Below are positions 1 through 9,929 of a DNA stretch of 64,000 bases, piece after piece; the first letter of the stretch is position 1; each line of letters opens with the position of its first letter. Under the pieces are notes generated by a model. The model was not told the origin of the DNA and did not search any database. It was given only the letters and a program-made list of their open reading frames with translations. The position numbers and the translations under genes are program-made. The DNA is taken from contig CALXTS010000004.1 in the NCBI GenBank assembly GCA_944391465.1, forward strand, positions 7,942-71,941, written 5' to 3'. This DNA comes from an uncultured Alphaproteobacteria bacterium (GTDB taxonomy: Bacteria > Pseudomonadota > Alphaproteobacteria > RF32 > CAG-239).

Positions 1-1035
1 GGTAGATGGGCTAAAACAATTCCTATTTTAGGAGTTGAAGTTCATATGACAAACTGGTGGATGTGGTTACAAGGAGCGTTGATTTGGGCTACAGGTTTCT
101 TATTAACGCTTGCCGTTGCCTATTATTTGGTTGATATTAGCTTTAAGGTCGGATTTGCCGTCATTGCCTTGCCTATTGTGGTCGGACTGTGGCCATTCAA
201 ATTAACTTCAGGAAAATTTACAAATTGTATTTCAATTATAGCAAAAGCTGCTGCAACTTACGCATTTTTAGGTATTACAACCTATTTTGCCATAAAATTA
301 GTTGCTTATAACTTTGCGACGGATGGAAGCGGCAATTTGGAATTGTCTCAGACTTACACCGTGGTTGACTGTGCTTTGGGAAACCCAGCTTCTTGTGATA
401 AAATCTCCATGTCTGAGGTAAATACTGAAGATCCTTCGGATTACCTTGCTAAGAAATTGCAACTCTTTAGCATCAGTTTCATTATTTTGATGTTCTGTTT
501 GATTTATTCATTTATGATTGTTCAGCAAACAACATCAAAAATTGTCAATAAATTCTTCCCTGATAATGTCTTTGGTGATGTTTCGCCGATGCACCATAAT
601 GCAACGGCTGCGACTAAAGCTGTTAAAGATTTGGCGATGAAGCCCGTAAAATGGGCCGGAGATGTTGCCACATATCAAGGAACCAAATTAATCGGACGAA
701 CGGTCAGACGTATTGTTAATAGTGCTAAATCTTCTTCTCGTGGTGGTGGAGACGGAGGCTCTACAGGACGAACCATGCAAAAAGGAGGTCGAGCTATTAA
801 AAAAGGCGGACAAGCCTTAAATAAAGTCGGTTCTGCCCTAAACAAAACAAAATTCGGTGCGGTTATCGGCGTCCCTCTGCAAGCTGCAGGAAAGGTTACT
901 CAAGCTGCCGGAGCTGTTGTGGAACAGGGAGGAAAAATTGCTGAAAAAGCTGGAAAGAAAATTAAAAAAGCTCGTGAAAAAATGAAAAAATCTTTATCCA
1001 GAATCGGAAAAAGAAGAGGCAGAAGTGAGGGCTAG
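1..1035 (+). CDS. VirB6/TrbL-like polytopic membrane protein (5' end probably outside window)
   Basis: Frame 1 is open from base 1 with no stop before the ATG at 46, so the gene likely starts upstream. Several hydrophobic helices (LIWATGFLLTLAVAYYLV, VGFAVIALPIVVGLWPF, AATYAFLGITTYFAIKLV, LFSISFIILMFCLIYSFMIV) are followed by a Lys/Gly-rich tail. It sits directly before a clearer VirB6-like gene. Confidence 0.5.
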   Translation, partial: GRWAKTIPILGVEVHMTNWWMWLQGALIWATGFLLTLAVAYYLVDISFKVGFAVIALPIVVGLWPFKLTSGKFTNCISIIAKAAATYAFLGITTYFAIKLVAYNFATDGSGNLELSQTYTVVDCALGNPASCDKISMSEVNTEDPSDYLAKKLQLFSISFIILMFCLIYSFMIVQQTTSKIVNKFFPDNVFGDVSPMHHNATAATKAVKDLAMKPVKWAGDVATYQGTKLIGRTVRRIVNSAKSSSRGGGDGGSTGRTMQKGGRAIKKGGQALNKVGSALNKTKFGAVIGVPLQAAGKVTQAAGAVVEQGGKIAEKAGKKIKKAREKMKKSLSRIGKRRGRSEG

Positions 1036-1039
1036 ATCA

Positions 1040-4000
1040 ATGATTAAGCGCAGAGATGTTATAAATATAATAAAAAAGGTTGTCATATCGACGATAGCTT
1101 TCTTATGTCTGTTTTCTATTTCCGAATCTTTTGCTCAAAATGTTCAGACAGATACTGTTTCTTCTGATGCCTCTGCTCTTTTAGGCAGGGCTCAGCAATT
1201 AGCATCTCAAGAAACCTTAACCGGTAGTGAATACGCTGAATTAGAAAAATTAATAAAAGCAGCATCCAATGTCCCTAAAGATAAAAGGAATCAAGCTACT
1301 CAAGAATTGTTGAATAATTATGATGCCAAGAAAAAGCATTCTCTTATGGTTGCAACCGAAGCTCGAAATAAAGCTCGAGATGATTATAATAATTATGTTT
1401 TATCAAACACAACTCAAAATAAAAATGCCTCTCAAATTAATCCTCAAGTAGAATTGCAAAATGAACTTGAGTATAGAGAATTATTATTAAGGAGGGCTCA
1501 AGAAGATTTAGATACCAAATACGAAGATAATCCTGAACTTTTAGCCTTACTAAAGAAAAAAGAGGAACTGGATCGGATGAAGCAAGATAACAGTTGGATT
1601 TATGACGAAAGTGCTTCTTCTTATTCTGCTCCAAGCTTATTACAAATGTCTAATGCTATGAATGCAAGTACTGATCGGAATCGTGCATCCAAAGATAAAA
1701 TAAAAAAACAAATTGAAGACCTTGAACACGATGTTGAGCGAATGGAGGAAAATTTAAGCGATGAAGATCAATTCTTATACACTTCCAGAAAACAGGAAGA
1801 TGAATATATTGAGGCTTCACAAATTAAAGCAGATAAGAATAATAAATTACAGCAAAAGTATTGTGGTGATAAATCTCCTGAAGAATGTCATTGGGCAGAT
1901 TATGCAACGACTATGGAGATTGAAGATTATAGAGATGCATCTTTTTCTCAAATGGTAACAGCACAAACAGCAGATCCTTGCTCTACTTCCTGTACTCCAA
2001 AATGTTATTATGACGAGCTTAAAGACAGATGTCCGTTTTGCAATCTCTTCCGAGTAGCTTTTAATGTTTCCAGTAATATGGCTTATCTTTCCATTAATAC
2101 TTTTTCTGCTCCTTTTGCCAAAATAGTTATCGTCGGCTTTGCCATTTGGATTGCTTTGCAAGTTCTCTCCTTTGTTTCAAGTATCACGATGGTAAATCTT
2201 AAAAATATTATTCAGCCGATTCTTACTCAGGCATTAATTGTTGCTTTTGCTTTTATCCTGTTGAAAAATGGTGTTATGGACTTTTTCAATCTGGCCTTGG
2301 AACCTGTTTATAATACGGGAATGACCATCGCACAAAAAACGATAACCATTGATGATGTTGCAAAAGCAAAACAAGCCGAAGAAAAAGGAAACGATATTTC
2401 TGATATCCAAGTGGCATGTGTTGATGATCCTCTTCTTTATACGGACTCTACGAATCCTCCCGGAGCTTTGCCCGTATCTATGGGAAACAATATCCTTTGC
2501 ACAATGAAAATGCTTTATGTCAGAGCAGCAAAGATTAAAGCTCTCGGCAGTGCCTCTATTTGTTATTCTTGGAAAGAACGCGCCTTTATTATTCCTCACA
2601 TGGGCTATTTTATGACCGGTATCGGCTTGTGGATTGGGGCGATGTTCTTAATTTTGGCTGTCCCGTTTATGATGATTGACTCAGTCTTACAGCTTGCTGT
2701 CGCTTCTGCTTTACTGCCTTTAGCTGTTGCTGCATATGCTTTCAAATCTACTCGAAAACACACAAAAGCCGTTTGGGAAACCTTCTTAAACTCTATGTTT
2801 TCTTTTATCTTTGTTTGCTTAATTGCTTTAATGTTAACCCTTGGATTTGAGCAAATTTTGTTGGAATCGACTTCCTCATTAAATGATGTTCTAAATTCTT
2901 CTAGTGAAAAAGTTGTTTTTGAAGAACTTTTGAAATCTATTCCTTGGTGGGGAACATCTTTCTTGAAAGTTGTTTTCATCACTATTTTGGCTTGGGCGAT
3001 GCTGCAAGAAGCCTTGGATTTTGCCAGTGACTTTTCTTCTACTTTATCTAAGACAGATATCGGTTCTCAAATTGCAACCATGGGCGGTTCTTTTGTTAAA
3101 GAAAGCGCAGTTCGCGCCGGTTCTGCAACGGTTGAAGCAGGATGGCAAGTTGCTAAAGATGCCGGTAGCTCGACTTATCGAGGCGTTCGAAATCTCGGGC
3201 GCAGAAGTGTCATGGCTGCTCAAGGACGATATATCCGCAATAACGCCGTTAATGTTAAAACTGACCAAAGAACCGGCGTTAAAACTTATACCGATGCCAG
3301 CGGAAACAGAGTAACCTACGGAAGCGATGGATCAATGGAATCGGTCATTAGAGTTAAACAACGGACAAATCCGTTTACCGGACGAACAACAACTATTCAA
3401 AAAGCTAAAACACAAGATGTCAGTATTACAACAATGGACATCACAAATAGCTCAGGAGCTGTGGTCGGACATAGGGAAGTTATTCGTTTGAACAGCACTC
3501 AATTCAACAATCTTACCAACGCAAACGGTGCCGTTAACAATGCGACAATTGATGCTATTTTAGCGGCAACACCTGAAGATATGCAGAACAAAGTTCAAAT
3601 TGCAATCGCTAAAGAAATTATCAATCAGCGGAATAAAAATCTTGGTTTAGATATGAGAAAACATGATTTTACCAATCAAGAGATTTTACTTGATGAACAA
3701 GGGCGTTTTATTGGTTTCACCGAAACGCTTTCCAATGGATCTAAAATGTCTGTTCGCTTGAAAACAGGTCAGAACGGACGCATGTTAAGTGAAATTACCA
3801 TGATTGATAAAAAAGGGCGCGGACAAAGTCTTCGTACCGATGGAATCATTAATAGTCGTAGCAAATTTGTTACCGAAGACGGAACCGTTAATGGCAAAAT
3901 AGATACAAAATCTGCTCAAACTATTTATTCTACGGCAGGAAGATATCGCGGTATTAAATCTGATGATCCTCATTTCAGAAAAATTCTAGAAGAGGAATGC

Positions 4001-4081
4001 CTGTTTGAGGATAATGAAATAAAAGAGGCTCTTAATGCGGCTGATGCCAATGATTTGGACATGTATCAATTTAAAAATTAG
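1040..4081 (+). CDS. Enlarged VirB6/TrbL-like T4SS membrane protein (~1013 aa)
   Basis: The ORF track starts at GTG 1025. ATG 1040 follows GAGGG (1027-1031) and clears the upstream stop at 1033-1035. The protein has a signal/anchor and ~330 aa of coiled coil. A cluster of TM helices follows (FAKIVIVGFAIWIALQVLSF, ILTQALIVAFAFILLKNG, GIGLWIGAMFLILAVPFMMIDSVLQLAVASALLPLAVAAYAF, FSFIFVCLIALMLTLGF, LKVVFITILAWAMLQ), then a ~330 aa hydrophilic C-terminal extension. The call rests on topology and context only. Confidence 0.55.
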   Translation: MIKRRDVINIIKKVVISTIAFLCLFSISESFAQNVQTDTVSSDASALLGRAQQLASQETLTGSEYAELEKLIKAASNVPKDKRNQATQELLNNYDAKKKHSLMVATEARNKARDDYNNYVLSNTTQNKNASQINPQVELQNELEYRELLLRRAQEDLDTKYEDNPELLALLKKKEELDRMKQDNSWIYDESASSYSAPSLLQMSNAMNASTDRNRASKDKIKKQIEDLEHDVERMEENLSDEDQFLYTSRKQEDEYIEASQIKADKNNKLQQKYCGDKSPEECHWADYATTMEIEDYRDASFSQMVTAQTADPCSTSCTPKCYYDELKDRCPFCNLFRVAFNVSSNMAYLSINTFSAPFAKIVIVGFAIWIALQVLSFVSSITMVNLKNIIQPILTQALIVAFAFILLKNGVMDFFNLALEPVYNTGMTIAQKTITIDDVAKAKQAEEKGNDISDIQVACVDDPLLYTDSTNPPGALPVSMGNNILCTMKMLYVRAAKIKALGSASICYSWKERAFIIPHMGYFMTGIGLWIGAMFLILAVPFMMIDSVLQLAVASALLPLAVAAYAFKSTRKHTKAVWETFLNSMFSFIFVCLIALMLTLGFEQILLESTSSLNDVLNSSSEKVVFEELLKSIPWWGTSFLKVVFITILAWAMLQEALDFASDFSSTLSKTDIGSQIATMGGSFVKESAVRAGSATVEAGWQVAKDAGSSTYRGVRNLGRRSVMAAQGRYIRNNAVNVKTDQRTGVKTYTDASGNRVTYGSDGSMESVIRVKQRTNPFTGRTTTIQKAKTQDVSITTMDITNSSGAVVGHREVIRLNSTQFNNLTNANGAVNNATIDAILAATPEDMQNKVQIAIAKEIINQRNKNLGLDMRKHDFTNQEILLDEQGRFIGFTETLSNGSKMSVRLKTGQNGRMLSEITMIDKKGRGQSLRTDGIINSRSKFVTEDGTVNGKIDTKSAQTIYSTAGRYRGIKSDDPHFRKILEEECLFEDNEIKEALNAADANDLDMYQFKN

Positions 4082-4224
4082 CTTCGTTTAGCCAAAACAT
4101 CAGACTAAATTCTGGATTTGTACACAAATTGTCTTTTTTTGTACTATATTTCTTGAATAATAAATCTCATCGATTAATATGCTTTTAGTATATTGTTATT
4201 ATATTTTTTGTGAGGTAGTTCAAA

Positions 4225-5196
4225 ATGGAAGAAATTATTTTCCCGAACCAAATCAGAATGTATCGCAGATTACGCGGACGCTCAATGCAAGAATTGGCAG
4301 ACCATTTGGGGGTCAGTTTATCAGCAATTTCTAAAATTGAAAAAGGGTATCGTCGTGTTGATCAAGAGCAGTTGGTAAGAGTTGCCGAATTTTTGGATTG
4401 CCCTTTGCAAGAATTATTTGTCAATGAACAAAATTCTCAACAAGAGATTGTTCAGGCATGGAGACGTGAGCAAGAACGTCGTAACAAAATTAATGAAAAA
4501 ACCGGATTAAAAACTTTAGGTGCCGGATTACGACAAATTCGCAATGAAAAGAATTTAACCCTTATTGAAGTTGCCGAAAGTTCCGATATGACACTTTCTG
4601 TTTATCATAGAATAGAGATGGGACAGAGAGAAGTTTCGGATAAAGAATTCAGGAATATTGCAAAAGCGCTAGGCATTACCGCTGAAGAATTAAAAGAAGA
4701 GATTAAAAGACTTGATGAAAAAGGTATGCTGGAAGAGATTATTCAGCGTAATGATGCAAAATATAAATTACTTTCCAATCCTCGAGGTGCAATTGCTTCC
4801 TTTGGAAATCAGTCTCCTGAAGGAATGAAAATTTCTGTTTACGGCGTGGCCGGAAAAGACGGAAATGTTGTTATTGATTTTGAAGAAGAAGTTAAAAAGG
4901 TTCAGCGCCCTGCGCAGCTTTATAATAAAAAAGATGCATATGCTGTTAATTTGTGCACACGTCGTTTAGGCTCTCTTTTGCCGACACGCTCTATCTTATT
5001 TATTGATCCGCAAGAAGTTGTTAGCGTGGGAGATATTGCCGTTTATTATGAAAATGAGAATGAGGCAAAAATTATTTCCCTTCGTGAAGATGATAATGGC
5101 CAATTATACGGCATTCGTTGGAATCCTGAAGAACGGATTGATTTAGCGAATGATGATTTGTTAAGAGTTCATAAAGTTGTCTTTATCAGTCTTTAG
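4225..5196 (+). CDS. XRE-family transcriptional regulator with two HTH domains and a beta-rich C-terminal domain (possibly a degenerate LexA/CI S24-like fold)
   Basis: Two HTH_3-like segments are present: IRMYRRLRGRSMQELADHLGVSLSAISKIEKGYRRVDQEQLVRVAEFL and LRQIRNEKNLTLIEVAESSDMTLSVYHRIEMGQREVSDKEFRNIAKAL. The C-terminal segment LGSLLPTRSILFIDPQEVVSVGDIAVY...AKIISL loosely recalls the S24 Ser/Lys layout. SD GTGAGG lies upstream. Confidence 0.8.
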   Translation: MEEIIFPNQIRMYRRLRGRSMQELADHLGVSLSAISKIEKGYRRVDQEQLVRVAEFLDCPLQELFVNEQNSQQEIVQAWRREQERRNKINEKTGLKTLGAGLRQIRNEKNLTLIEVAESSDMTLSVYHRIEMGQREVSDKEFRNIAKALGITAEELKEEIKRLDEKGMLEEIIQRNDAKYKLLSNPRGAIASFGNQSPEGMKISVYGVAGKDGNVVIDFEEEVKKVQRPAQLYNKKDAYAVNLCTRRLGSLLPTRSILFIDPQEVVSVGDIAVYYENENEAKIISLREDDNGQLYGIRWNPEERIDLANDDLLRVHKVVFISL

Positions 5197-5210
5197 TTCT
5201 TATTTTTATA

Positions 5211-5239
5211 AAAAACCGCCTGAATGGCGGTTTTTTTTA
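5211..5239 (+). terminator. Rho-independent terminator after the XRE gene
   Basis: AACCGCC (5214-5220), loop TGAAT, GGCGGTT (5226-5232), followed by a T run. Confidence 0.75.
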
Positions 5240-5338
5240 TATTTAGCTTATTTTTATTAACCTGAAATTTACAAGATAAATGATAGTATTTTTTATTATG
5301 GGTAGTTTATGCTCTAAAATTAAAAAATAGGTACTCTC

Positions 5339-7837
5339 TTGATGATAGATGCAAATGCAACAGCAGAAAGAAGACGCAAAAAACAGAAAGACGGCGAAGA
5401 AGATCCGATTTCTGTTGCTCAGCGTTTTTTAAATATTTATCGTCAGTTACACATTTTCAGTGAAGACAAAAAAGATGCCTTCAATAAAATGTTGCTAGAA
5501 CTTCCCATTGAAGTAAAAAATGCTTTTGGAACACTACCGGGCGGAAGCATGGTTCAAGACTATATTTATGATCTTGAAGATAGTATGGGTGTGGAAGAAG
5601 AGAGTTTTGCTACACCTCAGCCCGAAGAAAATAAATCCAATATTTTACAGACTGCGCTTGCAGAATCAGCGGCCTCTGAAACTCCTTCGGCAGAAAAGGT
5701 TAAAGCAGCTCCACAAATTCAACCGCAAGCACAATTTCAACCCGCTCAACAAATCATAACCACAATGGCTCCATCAAAACTTGAGCTTGGTGGAAATTTT
5801 GCTTCTGAATTAGCTTCTGCTTTAGGAAGTGTCTTGAAGGATACTCGCCAGCCAGCCGCCGTTGCCGGTAACATTGAAACTTCTGCAAAAGTTGAACTTG
5901 GAAAAGATTTCGCAAGTGATCTGGCTGAAGCTATGGCTACGGCTATGAAAAACTCCTTTCCCTTAAAAGAAGAGGCTTCATCAGAATCTCCTAAACCAGC
6001 TTTTGATTTTGGCAAAGAATTAGGAGAGAATCTTAGTCAATCTCTGGCTTCGGCATTAAAAGAGACTTCTCAATTCAGTAATACAGAACTTAAACAATTA
6101 CTTGAAACTATGGAAAAGAATCATGGTCAGGTTATTGAAATGCTTCGACAAGATAGTTCCCAAAATCGTACTGAAATGCAAAACCTTACCCAAATGGTTA
6201 TTCGAGGACAAATGCATTTAGCTAAAGTTGTTGCAGGGAGTAAGGCTTCTTTTGATGAAGAAGACGGAGATGAAAAAGAATCTAAAATTTTAGAATCACT
6301 TAACTCTACTCAACAATTGATTGCCAAGGCTTTAATCAGCCTATCTCAAGCGCAAAAAAAAGATACTGACGAGCTTACACAGACATTGGTTAAGTCTCAG
6401 CAAGAAATGCTAAAAGTTATGCTGCAAAATAACACGGCAAGCTCTGCCAATAACGCCAACAACATTCAAATAAATACTCCTGACAGTTCCGCTCAGTTGC
6501 ACCTTATTGTCGATAAACTTGCTGATATGCAGACCGTAAATACAAAATCTTTTGAGCAAATGATGGAAAAAATGGTTCAGACTCAATCTGAGCTGTATCG
6601 TAACATAGCTGAGACGCAAACAAAAGAATTATCTGCAATTATCACGTTGGCTTTAAAAGAAACACAAAAAGCATCTGCCGAAAATATTATTACGGCTCTG
6701 GGGAACCTTCCGGTCAGAGAGGCCGTTCCGATGCCTGTTTACTATCCGCAGCCTCCGCAAAATTTTGTTCCGCCTTCTGAAATGCCTATGACTGAAAATT
6801 CTTCAGCTTACTCGCAATACGATGCTGCTTATAATCAGGAGCAAAATCTCCCTGTACAAGAAGAATCCGTTCAGCCTTTGTACTCTGATGAGATTCAAAC
6901 ACCTTCTTTTGATACAGCGTATGATACTCCTTCCGATGAAGAAAATTTGCCTTTTGTGAATAACACTTTCGACATTCAGGAACCGGATAATATCACCTTC
7001 AGCAACGATGATATTCTTTCGGATGAAAATGTTTCTCGTAAAAAGAAAAAAAAGAAGAAGAAAAAAAATAAAAATAGCGAAGACATAAGCGCCTTCTCTG
7101 CTCCGGATGTTGAAGAGCAACCTAAACAAACTAAAAATATGTGGTTGGATGAAGAGGAAGATGCAAATTCTTCACTAACAGAAGAAAATTTATCCGCTAT
7201 TGAGGATACTTTGCCTGAAGCATCTTCTTTCGTTAATGTTCAGCTTGATAATGATGAAAATAATTTCATACCAGAGCCGAAAGAATCTGAAAAAGAAGAG
7301 AAACCGAAGCATATTTGGGATATTGACCTGCCAGAATTAGCTGATAATCAAGATATCAATCTTGATGATTTACCTTCTGTTGAACCTTTAGAACTTAATG
7401 ATAGCTCTGATGATTGGGGTTGGACTTCTGTAAATGACACCCCCAAAGAAGATAAAAATATTGAAACATCTTCTATATCTGAATCTTTTGAAAATTCCGC
7501 TTCTTCTGATACCATAACGGATAATTCCCCTCTTAATGATGAAGATATTTATGGAGAAGAAGGACAAGATTGGGTTTGGGATTATGAAGAAGAACCTGCG
7601 AATGATGATTATATTCCTCAAGAAGCCAGCTTTGCTACAGCAAATCTTAAACCTTTAGGAAATTATAATTTTCTTTGCAGTGGGGATTTATATTTTCAAA
7701 AAGATGTCTTCAAAAAACTTGAACAAAATAAAGTTGATTTGGATTTATTTGATGCCGGTGCTCAAATATCATTAAAAAATTTAGTTTCTACTGATGAAAA
7801 TGATGATCCTTATAAAAATAGTGATTCAAAAGATTAA
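5339..7837 (+). CDS. Large acidic low-complexity protein with internal repeats and a poly-Lys tract (unknown function)
   Basis: 832-aa ORF in AT-rich DNA. TTG at 5339 or ATG at 5342 could be the start. Basic N-terminus (RRRKKQKDGEE), three ELGxxFASxLAxAL repeats, Gln-rich helical middle, KKKKKKKKKNKN, and a very Asp/Glu/Asn/Ser-rich C-terminal half. No family recognised. Confidence 0.6.
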   Translation: MMIDANATAERRRKKQKDGEEDPISVAQRFLNIYRQLHIFSEDKKDAFNKMLLELPIEVKNAFGTLPGGSMVQDYIYDLEDSMGVEEESFATPQPEENKSNILQTALAESAASETPSAEKVKAAPQIQPQAQFQPAQQIITTMAPSKLELGGNFASELASALGSVLKDTRQPAAVAGNIETSAKVELGKDFASDLAEAMATAMKNSFPLKEEASSESPKPAFDFGKELGENLSQSLASALKETSQFSNTELKQLLETMEKNHGQVIEMLRQDSSQNRTEMQNLTQMVIRGQMHLAKVVAGSKASFDEEDGDEKESKILESLNSTQQLIAKALISLSQAQKKDTDELTQTLVKSQQEMLKVMLQNNTASSANNANNIQINTPDSSAQLHLIVDKLADMQTVNTKSFEQMMEKMVQTQSELYRNIAETQTKELSAIITLALKETQKASAENIITALGNLPVREAVPMPVYYPQPPQNFVPPSEMPMTENSSAYSQYDAAYNQEQNLPVQEESVQPLYSDEIQTPSFDTAYDTPSDEENLPFVNNTFDIQEPDNITFSNDDILSDENVSRKKKKKKKKKNKNSEDISAFSAPDVEEQPKQTKNMWLDEEEDANSSLTEENLSAIEDTLPEASSFVNVQLDNDENNFIPEPKESEKEEKPKHIWDIDLPELADNQDINLDDLPSVEPLELNDSSDDWGWTSVNDTPKEDKNIETSSISESFENSASSDTITDNSPLNDEDIYGEEGQDWVWDYEEEPANDDYIPQEASFATANLKPLGNYNFLCSGDLYFQKDVFKKLEQNKVDLDLFDAGAQISLKNLVSTDENDDPYKNSDSKD

Positions 7838-7902
7838 AATAATAATTTACAAAGATATCCGGCTAATCTAAATTAAAAGGGGTAGGTTGTAAGGAGTTAA
7901 AT

Positions 7903-8634
7903 ATGGAACAGGGCAATACTTTCAGCAGTGGTAAAGATGTATCAGGTGATACCTGGTATGTCGATAATTATGTTTTGCTTAAAGATTACTATGACAGAAC
8001 TATTTCCAGAATCGCCGCTCGCTGTGTCAGACGCGGCAATATCGCCATGGAAGAATATCCTCACTATGCCTATATTCTTGATGTTTTGGAAGAAATCAGC
8101 GAAACAGGAGAATATATTGTTGAACATCCTAATCTTTACCCTTATGTTGAGAAAAAAATTGCCGGCGGAATTGCTGCTCTTAAGAAAAATTTGCAAGAGT
8201 TTAATACAGAACTGCAAAATAATGCTTCTCCAGATATGATAAAACAAGATAAAGATGAACTGGCTAAAATGAAAGCGGCTTTGGGTGAAATTGATAAATC
8301 AAAAGATCCGACAGCCGGAGCCGGTATGTCTATGGATGAAGTGGTTGAGAAACTAATGAGAGATCAGCAAAAAAGTGAGGCTCAACCTTCTGCACAACCT
8401 CAGATAAAACCTGTTGCTCAACAACCTCGCCCCATGCAACCTCAACAACCAAGACCTGCCGCTCCCCAGCAACATCCTGGGATGCAGCAAATGCGTCAGG
8501 CGCAAAGACCCTTGATGCCTCAGCAAAATATGCAACAGCAACAAATGCAGCCGCAACAAAGTACTTCTGTGACTGGCAATACAGGGCAAACTCAGCCTAA
8601 TCAATCTCCTTTTTCTAATCGAGAGGAAAACTGA
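7903..8634 (+). CDS. Hypothetical protein with Gln/Pro-rich C-terminal half
   Basis: 243-aa ORF with SD AAGGAG upstream. Its stop overlaps the next start (TGATG at 8632-8636), implying translational coupling. No family recognised. Confidence 0.55.
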   Translation: MEQGNTFSSGKDVSGDTWYVDNYVLLKDYYDRTISRIAARCVRRGNIAMEEYPHYAYILDVLEEISETGEYIVEHPNLYPYVEKKIAGGIAALKKNLQEFNTELQNNASPDMIKQDKDELAKMKAALGEIDKSKDPTAGAGMSMDEVVEKLMRDQQKSEAQPSAQPQIKPVAQQPRPMQPQQPRPAAPQQHPGMQQMRQAQRPLMPQQNMQQQQMQPQQSTSVTGNTGQTQPNQSPFSNREEN

Positions 8635-9917
8635 TGCTTTGCAAATTTTTTAAAATATTCGGAATTATAGCTCTGATTGGTTTTTCAGTTAGTTGTGAGA
8701 GCGTTTCTGACGAAGAAGAAAAAGCAAAAGTCGTTGTCCCGCAACCTCCAAAAATTATCCAAAATTATAATGCGCAGATAGAGGTTCCTTCTTATCCTAA
8801 AATAAGAACAACCGATGGTGCATCTTCATTTGATTTAGAAATCCCTCTTCGCTGTTTTGTAAACTGGGATACTCAACAAATGATTTCTACAATTCCTTAT
8901 AACATTACGGCATTTAATTTTGTTAGAAACGGCAATAATGACATGTTGCCGCGTTTTGAGGTGAATGGACTTTCTTTCGGAACAATGTCTGCCGAAAAGG
9001 CTCTCTTAAAATTGACCAAAGCTGCAGATCTTAAATTAGTAGCTAAAGATGCTCCTTATGCCAGTATATCTGCAGAGAATCTTCGCGGAGAACTCACAGA
9101 AGTGGTTGATGTTATTACAGAAGCTGCTGAAGTCTTTTATACTTATAATGATACAAATAAAACGCTTAGAATTAGCAGAAAAGCTAATTTTAGTCTTTAT
9201 GTTCCGCAATCCCGCCCGATTTTATTGGCTATCCTAGATGTTCTGAGAGGAGCCGGAATTACTGATTTTACTGCTGATTTTGATGATTATTCAATCTCTT
9301 TTAATGCTGATTATGAACTGAAAAATCAGATTCAAAATCTTATCGGTTATTTTGAAGAAAATCCGATATTGATTGCTTATGATGTTAAAGTTTTCAAAAT
9401 CTTTCCGTTTAACGGACAAGATATCCAGTGGCAAAATATGCTTAATGTCTTTGATTTTGATTCCGTTAAAAGTGCAAAATCCGGTGTTTTAGGCAGAATT
9501 TTAACAACCTCTGATGATATTAATGTTCGCAGTTTAAAGGCCTTTTTGGGTAATCAGGCTAACGTTGAAGCTATTGCCGAAGGAAAATTTGTGGTTCCAA
9601 ATTTGTGGTTCTCTAGATTTGATATCGGTAAATGCGCAGCTAATCGTCAAGCTCAAGAGGCTAACCTTTCTATCTTAGCAAAAGCCTCCGTAGAGCAAGG
9701 TGATAAAATTTTCTCAAACATTACTCTTGAGTCGATAGATGGTGAAATTACACAATTTGATATTCGTGGAAAAGTTGGCGAGAACTTCTTGGTTATCGGA
9801 ATTCCCAACACAATATTCGGAGACAGCAAATTTAAATCAGAAACCATTGTCTTTATTGTTCCTCGAATAATTAAAACTTTAAAAACAACAAAACACTTAC
9901 AGAAAAATATGCAGTAG
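8634..9917 (+). CDS. Small secretin-like outer-membrane (lipo)protein, tentative
   Basis: Signal peptide ends at a Cys (IALIGFSVSC). The layout is secretin-like by eye. LIAYDVKVFKIFPFNGQDIQWQ resembles the start of a secretin domain. The C-terminus GENFLVIGIPNTIFGDSKFKSETIVFIVPRII resembles the canonical secretin end (GGL...P.LG..P.LG.LF....ELLIFITPRIV). Confidence 0.45.
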   Translation: MLCKFFKIFGIIALIGFSVSCESVSDEEEKAKVVVPQPPKIIQNYNAQIEVPSYPKIRTTDGASSFDLEIPLRCFVNWDTQQMISTIPYNITAFNFVRNGNNDMLPRFEVNGLSFGTMSAEKALLKLTKAADLKLVAKDAPYASISAENLRGELTEVVDVITEAAEVFYTYNDTNKTLRISRKANFSLYVPQSRPILLAILDVLRGAGITDFTADFDDYSISFNADYELKNQIQNLIGYFEENPILIAYDVKVFKIFPFNGQDIQWQNMLNVFDFDSVKSAKSGVLGRILTTSDDINVRSLKAFLGNQANVEAIAEGKFVVPNLWFSRFDIGKCAANRQAQEANLSILAKASVEQGDKIFSNITLESIDGEITQFDIRGKVGENFLVIGIPNTIFGDSKFKSETIVFIVPRIIKTLKTTKHLQKNMQ

Positions 9918-9929
9918 TGAGAGAAAAAA

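Noticed and set aside
4118-4150. TTGTACACAA and TTGTAC motifs upstream of the XRE gene as the same operator as the TTGTAATTACAA palindrome at 42472.
   Set aside because: They share only a TTGT/ACAA half-site with different spacing. That is too short and too AT-rich to be meaningful without genome-wide statistics.
8634-9917. Filamentous-phage pIV interpretation of the ~427-aa secretin-like protein (similar size to phage pIV).
   Set aside because: No Zot/pI-like ATPase, replication protein, small coat-protein genes or integrase are nearby. The neighbours are large acidic or Gln-rich proteins unlike inovirus genes.
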